Positions 10,731 through 22,319 of a stretch of 64,000 nucleotides of DNA are shown here, piece after piece. This stretch comes from Saprolegnia diclina VS20. Lineage: Eukaryota. The stretch is taken from assembly GCF_000281045.1 (NCBI RefSeq), contig NW_008246118.1:191850-255849 (forward strand), written 5' to 3'. The notes under the pieces were generated by a model. That model saw only the letters and a list, made by a program, of their open reading frames with translations, ran no database searches and was not told where the DNA came from. Position 1 is the first letter of the stretch. Each line of letters opens with the position of its first letter. Made by a program: the position numbers and the translations under genes.

Positions 10731-13700
10731 ATGAGTGAAGCCGCCGAGATTGCAGCGCGCCGTGGGCGCCGCGCGTCGCTGCCGCTGCGCGCCTCAATCA
10801 CCGAGCTCGTGCAAAGCAAGCGCCCGTCCCTCGGAAGCGAACCCTTTCGTCCGCCGTCAACACACGAGAAATACGAGGCGCCCAGCAACAACAAGGCCCT
10901 CCGCAGCGTCCAAAGTGCGTCGACGCTCCGAAGCCGTGGCCAATCGACCGTCGGCAGTGACGACACCGACCCGCTCGAGACGCGTCATCGCCGCGCGCCG
11001 ACGACACACCCGCGCATTGTTGACGCGTGCGGGCGACCAGTTGTCGGCGTCGCGTACGGCAAGGGCACGATGCAGTACGTCAAGTTTAGCTCGACCGAGG
11101 CGCCGCCGTCCTCGCAGGCCCCGCCGCCGCGCTGTGGGTTTTGCCACGGCAACAACATGCTCTGGCAGCTCCAGTGCTCGTTCTGCGGTTGTCAGCGCGT
11201 GCGCGAGGCGCCACGCATGCACTATGTGGTCAATACGCTCTTGAGTCTCGACCCGCACATCAGCGCGAGCAAGGTACACAATGTGTCTTCTTGTTCGGGG
11301 ACACATTCATGGACGTAGATGGCGCGCAAACTGCTGCGCTACGCCCAGTTTGACGCTGAGGCGCTGCAAGCGGACGCTGCGTTCCGCCAAGCGACCATGG
11401 TGCGGACCCGCGTCGCCATGAGCATCATGAGCAAAACCTCCGACACGCTGCGCTTCCACATCATGCGCATGATCTTCAAGGCATGGCGCAAAGTCCGCGC
11501 CGAGGCGACGGCGGGCGAAGACATCATGGCGCGGCTCATTAGGATCAAAGACATGCAGGCGCGGTCGCGGCGCAAGGCCGACACGTTCCGTGCGTGGGCC
11601 GCGTTCCGAGACTCGTGCCAAGACCAGCGCGCGCTGCGGTGGACGATCGCACTCGACAAGTATCACACTCTGTCGTTCGGTATCAAGTTGATACATTTGG
11701 ATGCAGACGCCGCAAAGTGGCCAAGCAACGCGCGTGGATGCTCTGGATGCGGTTTGTGACCACCCGGCTCCGGAAGCGCTGCCAGCACATGAAAGATACG
11801 CTCATGTACGCTGTCTGAATTATGGTCCCAAAGTTGGTATTCTGCGATTCATCGTAGGTCGAACAATCAAGCGCGCACGTCCGAGGTAGTACCGACTCCT
11901 GTCCTTAGAACGCCGTCATCGTGTCGGTAGGAGCTCGCCAAGGCCAAGGGCTTGCTCAACGAAGCCAAAGGCTCGTTGCTCATGGCAATGGACCAAATTA
12001 TCGCCGTGACAACGCAGCTCATGCCACTTGTCGACCTCCGTCTCCAGCGTGCGCTTTGCCTATTCTTGCCTGCCTATGTTATCGATGGGAGTAGAGCTGC
12101 TGCACTACAAAGCCATTGCGCCCGACACAGTCGCCTACGCGCTCGAGCCCACGTGCGCATCGGTGCGCATCCACATCATTAGTACTCGAGCTCAATATTA
12201 GTGCGGTCTATAGTCGGTGATCGACTCGCTCATGGTCCACGACCTCTCGCTCGTCGCCGACATGACGGTCCCGAAAATCGACGTTCCGTTTGCATCCAAC
12301 ACAACGCTCCACGTTGTCGCGGCCCGGGTCGTGGCCGAGCCCCCGCACGCGATCGTCTTGCGCTGGGTCAACGCGGCGATCGAGAGCATCAACGCCACTG
12401 CGGCGCTCAAGGTCCTCGCGCCGCTGCCGACGTTGAGCGACGTCTACCTGCACATGGCGTCGCCGACGCTCTTGTTGCACTTGCTCTGGCATTTTGTACC
12501 GGCCTCCAAAGCAGCGTACGACACGCGGTACGACGACGCCTGCCGTCGCGACCCGCTCTTGGCAACAAGCAGTCACCACGCCCAGCACCATATGCAGTGG
12601 AAGCTCTTTTTCGAGTTGGCGGCCAATTACGCAGCACTTGGTCACGAGATGGTGACGCGCGACGACATGGAAAGCAGCGACTTTGGCGCCTACTACCTCG
12701 TGCTGCTGCACTTTTTTGTTCAGTTTTACCACCAATCGGTGGCGTCGCCAGCGGACGCACCGACGAGCGAGCTGCGCTTGTCGATCGACGGCGTCTGGGC
12801 GGCGCTGCGCCCCGACATCTTTCCGTCGTACGAGTCGGACCCGGCGACGCGCGAGAGCTGCCGCAACATTTTGCGGGACCTCGAGACGGTCCAGCACGCC
12901 CAAGCTCATGTACTGCGACTGCATTACGCAACTGCACTCATCGTCGGTCAGCACAGCCAGCACGCGCTCGCCTCGGGGTTTGAGGACCTCGCACGCCGCA
13001 GCACCGGGCGTAGCACGAATGTGCAAGTCGCGCTCGAGAAGCAGCGTCTCGCCACGTCCATCACGCTCGACAACAGTCGCCTCGAGTTCATGTGCCCGCA
13101 ACCCGACGACTTTCGCTCGATCCAGAACCTCCTCCGGAAGCACGTGGTGCCGCTCATCACGTTGTTCAAGAGCTGCGGCGTGAGCGCAGCGGGCTTCTCC
13201 CTCTCGGAGCAGGAGTTTTACAAGCTCATTTCCGACACGGGGGTCTTTGACCGGAAGCTCATGGCGCGCGGGTACCTCCAAGTGCTCGTCCAGCACACGA
13301 CCGACGTCCACGACGTTGGCGCCGAGCGCTGTCTCTCGACCCACGAGTTTGCAGAGGCCATTGTTCGCGTCGCGCATCACCTCAGTCAGAAAGCCGCAAC
13401 GACCGACGCCCCCCCGTCGCTCGTGGGCAGCGTCACCGACTTTGTCGAAACCAAGCTACTGAAATTAGCGTCCGAGCGCGAGAAGCAGAATTTGACACTC
13501 TTCAAGCGCCAACTGGGCGCCTCGGACGTGCAAGCGGTCGTGCGCGCGGCTGACAAGAAGCTGAAAAAGGTGTTTGCGTTCTACGCGGTGGAGCACCGGG
13601 CCAAGAGCATGAACCTCGCGGAATTTAGCAATTGGTTGAAGGACCAGCGTTTGATTGACGCCATCTTCCCGTTCCCGCGCGCCAAGCTCGTGTTTCTGAG

Positions 13701-13872
13701 CGCGATGCACCACACGGAGGCGATCGTGTCGTCCAACGACCTCGAACTCGACTTGACGTTTGGCGAGTTCATCGAAGCCGTCGTCGCCGTGGCCGTGTAC
13801 CGCAACCCGAACCCGTACCTCCCGCTGGCCGACCGTCTCCACCTCTTCTTCAACGACCACTTGCCGAGCTAA
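10731..13872 (+). CDS. Multi-exon hypothetical protein: C4 Zn-ribbon, FxxW[RK]-type helices, CH-like region, C-terminal EF-hand-like pairs
   Basis: ORFs 10731-11318, 11319-11759, 11952-12182 and 12217-13872 can be joined through GT-AG introns. Motifs CGFC...CSFCGC, IVLRWVNAAI, MNLAEFSNWLKD and LTFGEFIEAV. Internal exon boundaries are approximate. Confidence 0.65.
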
Positions 13873-14099
13873 TACTCCTACATTCGATTTCATACACCGG
13901 CATGTTGTACGATCCCTTTGGACACGCCAGGACGCCACCAGAACTCAGATATCTAGAACTCGGATCTTATTCGTCCGAAACTCGTAGTTTTACGTTTCAA
14001 ATCGAAAATGTCGGGTAGGATCGTGTCCAACGCCTATCAACGGTAGTGCAAAGATGTTGGCATTTCTCAATTGCAGCAGCAACAAGCCCATTCCTCAAC

Positions 14100-14570
14100 A
14101 TGCACGTATTCACGCTTGCACTCGTGGTCGCGGGCGTCGCAGCGCGTTCGCAGTACGTCATTCGCCTTCCAAATGGCGCCAACGTCCCCGGTGTGAGTGC
14201 ACTCGGGCACACCAACCCAAATGGCGACGGCAGCGTCAACAAGTTTGGCAATGACTTCAGCGCCACCGGCGGTGGGTGGACCAAGACGCTCTGCCAACTC
14301 GACTCGGACGGCGACGGCGCGACGAACGGCGAAGAGCTTTTGGATCCGTGCTGCACTTGGACGCAAGGCGGGAGCCTCACATCGACGTATACCCCGACGC
14401 ACCCGGGGGTAAAAAACACATTTTCAAAAGATGAGCTCGCGGCGCTCAAGTGCGGCAGCAACACGACGCTGCCGCCGTCGTCGGCAACGCCCAAGCCCAG
14501 CGCAGCGCCGACCATTCTGCCGTGCATCGGCCTCGTATTTGGCACAGTCGTTGCACTTGTGCTCTGGTAA
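14100..14570 (+). CDS. Temptin-like Cys-rich secreted/GPI-type protein, copy 1
   Basis: Signal peptide, RLPNG..GH..G.G..N.FG.DF...W..LCQLDSDGDGATNGEELLDPCCTW (temptin-type motif), S/T/P linker, hydrophobic C-terminus. Confidence 0.8.
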   Translation: MHVFTLALVVAGVAARSQYVIRLPNGANVPGVSALGHTNPNGDGSVNKFGNDFSATGGGWTKTLCQLDSDGDGATNGEELLDPCCTWTQGGSLTSTYTPTHPGVKNTFSKDELAALKCGSNTTLPPSSATPKPSAAPTILPCIGLVFGTVVALVLW

Positions 14571-15089
14571 TCATTGGGAATATCTTATATATATTTCTAC
14601 TCTGTTCTCTTGTCGACCCCGACTTTGCACTTGGAACCAGCAGACTTTGCGATGCAGAAACTTGGTTACACTAGCTCCATGGCTCAAGCCTCTGACGCTT
14701 GAGCCTTACACGACCCCCGATGCGTCAAGCTTCAACAAGCCATTTTTTGTTTTGACACTATGGTATTAGCGGTGAAGCTGTCGATGGAATGCCACCGCCA
14801 CATACTAATCGTAGTTGTGTTTTCAGTCCATCCCAGTAGGACAGCGGTGCATTTTGGGTCGCCTATTTGGTCGAAACGACTGCAGTCGTGTCCATATTCA
14901 TGTCGCCAGAAGCAAGCGATCGGGCGCATTCTGGCCACATACCAGTTCGCAACTGCCAGTTTCCACCTTTCAGACGTCGGATGGGGGAAGGGTCTGGCGA
15001 CATATGCCTCCAAGAGGTGTTGTGAGGATCTTGCACCTAGCCCTGGATACCTCCTCCGTGGCGACTTTATCGAGAGGTCACTTGACAAA

Positions 15090-15590
15090 ATGCAGTGGAT
15101 TACAACAGCCCTCGCTCTCTCGACGGTGGTCGCGCGTCCTGCCTACGTCATTCGGCTCCCAAACGGTGGCAACGTGCCTGGGGTCCCAGCCCTTGGCCAC
15201 GCCGACCCCGACGGCCGCGACCGCAGCCTCAACGCGTTTGGCAACGCCTTTAGCAAGTACGGTTCATCATGGACCAAGACGCTCTGCCAGCTCGACTCGG
15301 ACGGCGACGGCGCGACGAACGGCGAGGAGCTTTTGGACCCTTGCTGCACTTGGACGCAAGGCGGGAGCCTCGCGCTGTCGTCCTTCACACCGACCGACCC
15401 TGGTGTGAAGAATCCTTTCTCCAGCGACCAACTCGCGGCGCTCAAGTGCGGCAGCAACGCGACCATGCCGCCATCGTCGGTGGCAGTGCCGAGTTCCAGT
15501 AGCTCGAAAACGAGTGACAGTAGCGTCACGCTCTCGTGGTCGAGTCTGTCTGTTCTTGGCACGACACTAGTAGTAGTGTTGGCGGTGTAG
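15090..15590 (+). CDS. Temptin-like protein, copy 2
   Basis: ATG MQWITTAL signal peptide. Core near-identical to copy 1 at DNA level. Ser-rich linker and hydrophobic tail. Confidence 0.8.
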   Translation: MQWITTALALSTVVARPAYVIRLPNGGNVPGVPALGHADPDGRDRSLNAFGNAFSKYGSSWTKTLCQLDSDGDGATNGEELLDPCCTWTQGGSLALSSFTPTDPGVKNPFSSDQLAALKCGSNATMPPSSVAVPSSSSSKTSDSSVTLSWSSLSVLGTTLVVVLAV

Positions 15591-15848
15591 TAGTCGATTG
15601 CTAATATACAAAGCCATCAACACGTTTGACGATCGTTGGTCAACTGGAATAGGGCATAGAATGGCCTGGTGGCTGGACAGCACAAGAAGACCCAATGACA
15701 GGTACTAATGACGAGCCCATTGACGGTCCGCGCTATTCGCGTGGCGATGTGTTGTATAGGAAGTCCATGTTATAGCGACCGAAGCAGCGTCGTTGGTGGC
15801 CATGAGAGTAAGTACTTTGCATTTAGCACTCGCCTCAACAGTTCCACA

Positions 15849-16532
15849 ATGCACTCGATCATCGCTCTCCTCTTTGCTGCTCTCGCCGCCGTCGTTGCTG
15901 GGCAAGACGCCACCGCCGCTCCGATGCCGGCCACCTTGGTCAGCGCGACGCCTAGCCAAGACGCGTCAAGCACCGGCAGCCTCGATGCGTCCACGCCGCT
16001 CACAGCTGGGTCGAACGGTCATGAAGGCGATGACGGCACGGACAAAACTCGTCTGGGCGGCAACTACGCGAACCAGGCCGGCAAGTACGACAACAAGGGC
16101 GGCAACTATGGCCATCAGGACGGCGACTATGGCTACAAGCCCGATGGATACGGGACCCAAGCTGGCAACTACGGGAACCAGGGTGTTGGCTACGGTGAGC
16201 GCGGTGCCATCAACAAAGGTGCTGGCTATGGCCACCAAGACCTCGGCTACGGCCACCAAGCTACCAACTACGGCACCGGGTACGGGAACCAAGGTGCTGG
16301 TTACGGCGACCACAACATCGGCTACGGCAACCAAGGCGTGGGTTACGGCAACGGTGGCGCCACGTATGACAACAACTACGGGGATCGTGGGTACGGCCGC
16401 TCCAACGTCCGGGGCGCCACTGGCGCTGGCTACGACGCGCGCCAGACGTACGGTGGGCCGAGCTACGGTAGTGCTCGCCAAGACTACGGGAAGTATGGCC
16501 GCGTTGACAAGGATGCGTATCTTCGCCGCTAG
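15849..16532 (+). CDS. Secreted Gly/Tyr/Asn-rich repeat protein
   Basis: Signal peptide MHSIIALLFAALAAVVAG, S/T spacer, then ~7-aa [GN]YGxQxx repeats. Confidence 0.8.
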   Translation: MHSIIALLFAALAAVVAGQDATAAPMPATLVSATPSQDASSTGSLDASTPLTAGSNGHEGDDGTDKTRLGGNYANQAGKYDNKGGNYGHQDGDYGYKPDGYGTQAGNYGNQGVGYGERGAINKGAGYGHQDLGYGHQATNYGTGYGNQGAGYGDHNIGYGNQGVGYGNGGATYDNNYGDRGYGRSNVRGATGAGYDARQTYGGPSYGSARQDYGKYGRVDKDAYLRR

Positions 16533-16746
16533 TCGGTCGGCGCAAGGCTAACGTTTGTCGCTAAGATGTACACTATTGTCAATAGCCATTTTTCTAAAAC
16601 GGTCATTAATGTCCTTGCCCTACGAGTCGCGAGTCTTGCACAGCACCGCTCCATTGGCATCGTCGTACATATGCGAGAACGACGCGAAAGGTACGTTTTC
16701 AAAGTGATGTTAGTAGAATAGTAGGTGGTTGGATGGCTGCTTCTTC

Positions 16747-17259
16747 TTACGCCAAGACCTTGGCGATTTGGTACGCGCGCTTGAGTTTCCGGCGCAGGAG
16801 CTTCTGCTCGAGCGTCTGCTCGGCCTCGGGCACCTTCTCGCCGTCGTCCTTGGTTGCGTCGACGACGTCTTGGGCTTCGCGAAGCACGCGGTCGCGCGCC
16901 GTGCCCTGCATGCCGCCGAGGTACTCCAGCACGATCGTAAACAGCGCCTTGTTGACGACGTCGGCGCGGTACATCCAGCGCAAAATCCACACCTGCTTGG
17001 CCTTCTTGAAGCGCCAAATCGGCTCGCCCGTCTCGGTCTTGGCGCTCGGGTCGGCCGTCAGCTTTTGCCACTGTTCGAGGTAGTACTTGGCCTCCTGGAT
17101 GAGCTCGGGCGTCGGCTTATTCTCCGTGTCGTTGCTGTTGCCCGTCGCAGGCACCGGCGCCTCGCCGTCGGCGGTCGCCTCGGCCTTCTTGTCCGCCTTC
17201 TTGTCGGCCTTGAAGCGCTTCTTGGCTCCGTCGCCCGTGTTGCGGCGTCGCTTGACCAT
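16747..17259 (-). CDS. WKF-domain protein (C7orf50/DUF2373-like)
   Basis: Basic N-terminus, then AKYYLEQW...WRFKKAKQVWILRWMY...LEYLGGMQGTARDR...KRAYQIAKVL. Confidence 0.75.
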   Translation of the reverse strand: MVKRRRNTGDGAKKRFKADKKADKKAEATADGEAPVPATGNSNDTENKPTPELIQEAKYYLEQWQKLTADPSAKTETGEPIWRFKKAKQVWILRWMYRADVVNKALFTIVLEYLGGMQGTARDRVLREAQDVVDATKDDGEKVPEAEQTLEQKLLRRKLKRAYQIAKVLA

Positions 17260-17268
17260 GATAATTCG

Positions 17269-17353
17269 ATTGGGCTCTGCGCGATAGCTCTGCGCGATTG
17301 GTTCCAAGCATACGCGAGGCCATTGGCTGAAAGCTCGGGAGCGTTGAGCCAAT
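17269..17353. promoter_or_regulatory. Cluster of four CCAAT/ATTGG boxes upstream of the WKF gene
   Basis: ATTGG at 17269, 17297 and 17322, CCAAT at 17349. Confidence 0.5.
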
Positions 17354-17720
17354 CCGAGTGCGCCATTCGCCCCGGTGATCTTGGTGCAAAATGACGCGGA
17401 GTCGCGCAGTCGCAACACCGCAGAGGTCTCTCGGACCGAGAGACCTCGCCAGACGTGGTACCAGCATATAGATCGTCGTACCAGGATATCTACTGCATCG
17501 ACAGCCGACGCCATCTGTTCTGCAACGACAGCGAATGCCCACCACGCTAGCTCGAACCAAGCAAGTCGAAGGCCAATTCATCGGCTCACGAGACGACGTG
17601 AGCATGCCAAAGTTGCGCCAAAACTTAGGCGCCGTGTTGTCGAGCGTGGTAGAACTTAGAACGTCCGACTCAGACGAGCGCCTTTCTCTCTAAACATAGC
17701 TTCCTGCACGTTACACCCCG

Positions 17721-20059
17721 ATGGTCTCGTCGTCGCGGGGCGAGTCCAGCCTCGGGCTCGGCATCGACGCCGCGTTCCTTGTACGTCGTCGGCACCTCTG
17801 GGCCTTCTCGCTCTCGATTGTTCTAAGCGGTCAGTACCTCGCTCGCTGGGACGCGTCCGACGCCACGCTCGCCGGTGTCACCTACCTGCTTCTCGCGTCG
17901 GCGTTCTACAGTATGAGCGTCTGCACAAGCGACTTGCTTGCAGCAATACCCTTCTCTGGCGGCGCGTTTGGCCTCGCGCGCGTCGCTATCGGCTTTTACG
18001 GCGGGTACCTCGTCGCCATAGCCGAGTGCTTCGAGTACGTTCTCTGCACGGCCGACGCGGTGCAGTCTCTCGGTGCAACCATCGCGCTCGTATCGCCCGA
18101 CAGCACTCCGTTTCTTCCGATCGCGTACCTTGTCATCTATGTGCTGCTGACGCGCCTGCACTTGGTGGGCGGCCCCAGCGTCTGGAACACCTACACTGTC
18201 CTCGCAGCAACCACGATCTTGGGGCTACTCATGTACATCTGCAGCAGCGTTCCGCAGCTCGAACGGCGGTCGCTGCGGACAAAGAGCGGGTGGAGCTCGG
18301 GGTTTGAACTCGCGGCGCTCGCACCGTCGCAAATGCGGCTCTTCATGGGGCTTGAGTGCCTCAACCTCTGCGGCCAGGACGTTGACGACCCGCAGATCAC
18401 ACTCCCGATCGTCAAGCGCCGGGCTATGCGCGTCGCAGTTGCATCATCCTTTGTCCTCGGTAGCATCACAGTCGTCTTTGCCCCTTTGCGCTGGACGGCC
18501 CCGTCCCAGTACCCGCCGCTCGCCCCCGGGTTCGCCGACAGCTGGGGCGTCTCGATGCAAGTTGCCTCCTTCCTCTCGGTGCCAAGCATGCTGGCCAGCG
18601 CTCTTTGCTTTATGCACGGCTATAGCCGCGTGCTCTCGTACATGGGCTCGTCGCGCTTGGTGCACCGGTCGCTTCGGCGGCGCGTCGGTCGGCACCGGAC
18701 ACCGCGCCGCGCCCTCTACGTCGGCTCGGCGCTCAGCATCCTCGCGTGCCTCACCTCGCACTATCTTCCCTTGTTTTGCCTGCGGTCGTGCGCCGCGGCG
18801 TGCGCGTCCATCATGTACATGGCGCAGTGCTACGGGTACATTTACTTTACTATGTCGGTGCAACGGCAGGCGTCGGCGGTGGCGCGCGGCGCCGTCGCCC
18901 GTCGCCGGTTCGCCGCCGGGTATGCGACGGTTGTGTTTGGTGCTTGCTTTGTCGCGTGCTGTGCCACAGCGCTGCCGTCCGCCCCCGAGTACTCCAACGT
19001 CGTCGTCGTCGGTGTTTTGGCCAGCGTCACGCTCTTGTGCTCGGTCTACTACTATAATGTTGTGAAATCGTCGCAGCTCTTTTCGGAGCACGAACGCCGG
19101 AGCTTGATGGTCGCCCACATCATTGTGTGTACGTTAGTCGTGGCGACGGGGCGACACGAGTGTCTCATAGCATATATCCTATTCTAGTTAATAAGAACAA
19201 GCTGCGGCAGTCGACGCAACGACTCAAGAAGATCATCACGAGCCAGAGAGCCGCCATGTACATCAAACGCGCGTCGCTGGGCACGACGACGGTGCCGACG
19301 GTGCAGCCGGCGACGGCCGAGCTACTGCGCCGAAAGACTGCCAACGATATCCCGCTCAAGGACGCATCAGAAAGCAGCAAGGACTTGAAGATGGCACCCG
19401 AGCTAGCCCGCGCCACTACTGACCTAACAGTAGCCGCCAACTCTGATACCAAGTCCGATGAAGGACTCGAGCGAACCATGTCGGCGCACAAGGTCATGCC
19501 GACGCTAACGCGTCACTACACCGTGTCGGACATTCGTGACGACCGGCGGTCGAGCTTTTCGATCCAAGCAAACCGAGGCACGGACCGTCGACCGAGCTTC
19601 TCGATCAAGTCGAGTCTCAACGAGCGTCGCCCAAGCTTCTCCATCAAGTCGAGTTTGGCGGACCGACGCCAAAGCTTCTCGCTCAAACCAAGCTTCCAGG
19701 ATAGACGGCCGAGCTTCTCGATCAAGCCGAACCTCAACGACCGCCGACTTAGCTTCTCCATCAAGCCCAGTCTAAGCGAACGTCGCTTGAGCTTCTCCAT
19801 TCAAGGCGCGGGGGCAGAGCGTCGCCCGAGTATCTCGCTTCAAGGCGACGGCGTCGACCGTCGTCCAAGCTTTTCGCTGAGCGGCGACGGCCGGCGAAGC
19901 AGTGCGGCTGGACGCCACGGCGCGCTGCGCTCGATTCTTGGCAAACAGCACCTCGGCTCTGCGCGCGTCACGGATCTCGCAGTGCTCTTCCAAGACGACG
20001 CCGAAGACGACGAGGACGACGACGACGATGGCTGCATCCCGATACCGCCGCTTCCGTAG
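17721..20059 (+). CDS. APC-superfamily amino-acid/ethanolamine permease-like protein with long repetitive C-terminal tail
   Basis: About 11-12 TMs, PFSGGAFGLARVAIGFYGGYLVAIAECFEY and GYSR motifs. One intron ~19129-19187 (gtacgt...ttctag) joins the tail ORF ending at 20059. Confidence 0.8.
19541..19903 (+). repeat. Coding tandem repeat (~39 nt / 13 aa) [DE]RRxS[FI]S[IL]
   Basis: Nine full copies plus a terminal GRRSS in the permease tail. Confidence 0.9.
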
Positions 20060-20303
20060 TAGTCGCTCGTAGACTTGGTTGTTGGTGGCCGTAACCTGGG
20101 ATGCTTCCTCACAGCAACTCGTATACTTGGTGCACCCGCATCCTTCTTTCGGTCAAACCTCGTCGCTCGTTCAAGAAAAAACTACATGCTCGAAGAAATA
20201 CGTAACCCTAATCCGCGAGGGGTAGGGTTCTATTTCGAGGTGATGTGCATCGTCTATAGTTAGAGAAAGGCAGCACTTCCACTTCACAAACATAATAGCG
20301 TGG

Positions 20304-20994
20304 ATGTGGCGCACCTTGCGGCTCACCGCGGCCGGAGTCGTCACGTGTACCGCCCTCCAGTTCTACGTACCCGCGGCGCCCAACGCTGATGCCCCAGATC
20401 CCAAGCATGTGTCGACGACCAATCAATTCAATGCCCAGCGGCTCGTGGACGTCACCAACGTCCTGCGTGTTGCCCACGGCCTCAACGTAGTCGCCTGAAA
20501 CACCGAGCTGAGTGCCAAGCTCCAGTCGTTTGCGAATTCGTGTCCGGGCTTTGTGCACGGAGGCCCCCAAGGGTTTCAGAATCTGGCCGGCAATTTCGAG
20601 TCGTGCCAAACGTCGGCGTCGTGCTGGGGCGACCGCACGGGCGCGTGGCAGTGGTATATATGTGACGCCACTGTAGTTCCTCGTTGACCGACTACGTACT
20701 AGGTACGGCGAAGTGGCCAAGTGGAATTTCAAAGCCCAGAAATGCGCGACCGGATCGTGGAGCGATTGCGGTCACTTCAGCAACATGCTGTCGCCGGGCG
20801 TGACGGACATAGGCTGTGCCATGTCCTACTGCCCGTCATCAAGCCCGTACTACAACGTGTGGTGCAACTACAACGGCGCGGAGGTCAACCCAATCGTGCC
20901 ACCGACCACGTACAACGTCGAGATGCTCCAAGCCGCGCTCAAGAACCAGTCGCACGAGCTCTGGACAGCGCTCCGCCTCGCGACGCCCCCGTGA
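20304..20994 (+). pseudogene. CAP/SCP (PR-1-like) gene with an in-frame TGA at a conserved Trp
   Basis: TNVLRVAHGLNVVA*NTELSAKLQ...HGGPQGFQNLAG, intron 20654-20702, then W-YGEVAKWNF...GHFSNMLSPG...VWCNY. The paralog at 37582 has VTWNDELAAK at the stop position. Confidence 0.7.
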
Positions 20995-21152
20995 ATCCGT
21001 CGGCAGCCACCGACGAGGCTTCATGTTATTAATACTACGTAATGCCCCTGCTTATATCTGACCCACTAAGCTTAGTACATCTCAGTGAAAGGCGTTAGCT
21101 TGCGGATTCGAACTGACAATACTGCAGGTGAGGGACGGAGAGCAGGTCGCGT

Positions 21153-22319
21153 TTAGTTGTTAAATTTGAAGAAGATGATGTCACCGTCCTCGACTTCGTA
21201 GTTCTTGCCCTGCTGCTTGAGCTTGCCGGCCTTCTTGACAGCCTCTTCCGAGCCGTGCTCCTTGAGGTCCGCGAACGACTGGACTTCGGCCATGATGAAG
21301 CCCTTCTCAAAGTCCGTGTGGATGACACCGGCGGCCTGGGGCGCCTTGCGACCCTTGCGGACCGTCCAGCCGCGCACTTCGTCCTTGCCGGCCGTGAAAA
21401 AGTGGATCAAACCGAGCGCGTGGTAGCCCGTCTTGAGGATACGCGGCAGAATCGTCTTGTCGTTCGGGTTGGTCTTTTTGAACTCTTCGAGCGCCCCACC
21501 CGACTCGAGGTCCATGAGCTCCATCTCAAACTCGCACGAGAGCGGGATGACGGGCTCGTTGCCGCCGCGCGACGCGACAAACTCGGCGATGAGCGGGAGG
21601 TACTTGTTGCCCTTGCGGAGGTAGTCGCGCTTGCTGACGTTGACAAGGAACACGACCGGCTTGGCCGTGAGCAGCTGGAGCTGGTTGAGCACATCGACTT
21701 CAAAGACGCTCCAGTTGCCAAACGAAATGTCCTTGCCGTCCTGGAGCCACTCGAGGGCCTTGACGAGCGCCTCGTACTCCATCTTCTTCTCCTTGCCGCC
21801 AATGCCACGCTCGACGTTCTTCTTCATGCCATCGGCCTGCTTGGCGACGCGGTCAATGTCCTTGAGGCGCAGCTCCTGCTGGATGATCTGGATGTCGCGG
21901 ACCGGGTCGACGTTGCCCTCGACGTGCGTCACGTCCTTCGAGTCGAAGCCACGGACCATGTGGTAGATGGCATCGACGGCCTGGATGTGCGAGAGGAAGT
22001 TGTTGCCGAGACCGGCACCTTCGGCCGCGCCCTTGACGAGACCAGCGATATCCGTCACGTGGATCACCGGGGGCACTTCGCTCGCCGGCTTGTACTTGCT
22101 GCAGAGCCAGTTGAAGCGCTGGTCCGGCACCGGAATGATGGCCTGGTTGGGCTCGATCGTGCAGAACGGGAAGTTCTCGGCCGGGATGTTGAGCTTCGAG
22201 AGCGTGTTGAAGAAGGTACTCTTGCCGACGTTGGGCAGACCCACGATACCGATCTTGACGTTGTTGGTCGGGCGGCCGAGGTAGACCTTCGGGACTTCTT
22301 CCTTCTTCTTGGGCGGCAT
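21153..22319 (-). CDS. OLA1: Obg-like ATPase 1 (YchF family)
   Basis: GIVGLPNVGKSTFFN, NFPFCTIEPN, DIAGLVKGA..G.GLGN.FL, APQAAGVIHTDFEKGFI, VEDGDIIFFKFN. Confidence 0.97.
   Translation of the reverse strand: MPPKKKEEVPKVYLGRPTNNVKIGIVGLPNVGKSTFFNTLSKLNIPAENFPFCTIEPNQAIIPVPDQRFNWLCSKYKPASEVPPVIHVTDIAGLVKGAAEGAGLGNNFLSHIQAVDAIYHMVRGFDSKDVTHVEGNVDPVRDIQIIQQELRLKDIDRVAKQADGMKKNVERGIGGKEKKMEYEALVKALEWLQDGKDISFGNWSVFEVDVLNQLQLLTAKPVVFLVNVSKRDYLRKGNKYLPLIAEFVASRGGNEPVIPLSCEFEMELMDLESGGALEEFKKTNPNDKTILPRILKTGYHALGLIHFFTAGKDEVRGWTVRKGRKAPQAAGVIHTDFEKGFIMAEVQSFADLKEHGSEEAVKKAGKLKQQGKNYEVEDGDIIFFKFNN

Noticed and set aside
20496..20498. TGA as selenocysteine or an alternative genetic code
   Set aside because: The aligned residue is Trp, not Cys, and TGA is used as an ordinary stop elsewhere in the window (e.g. 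20994, 46951).
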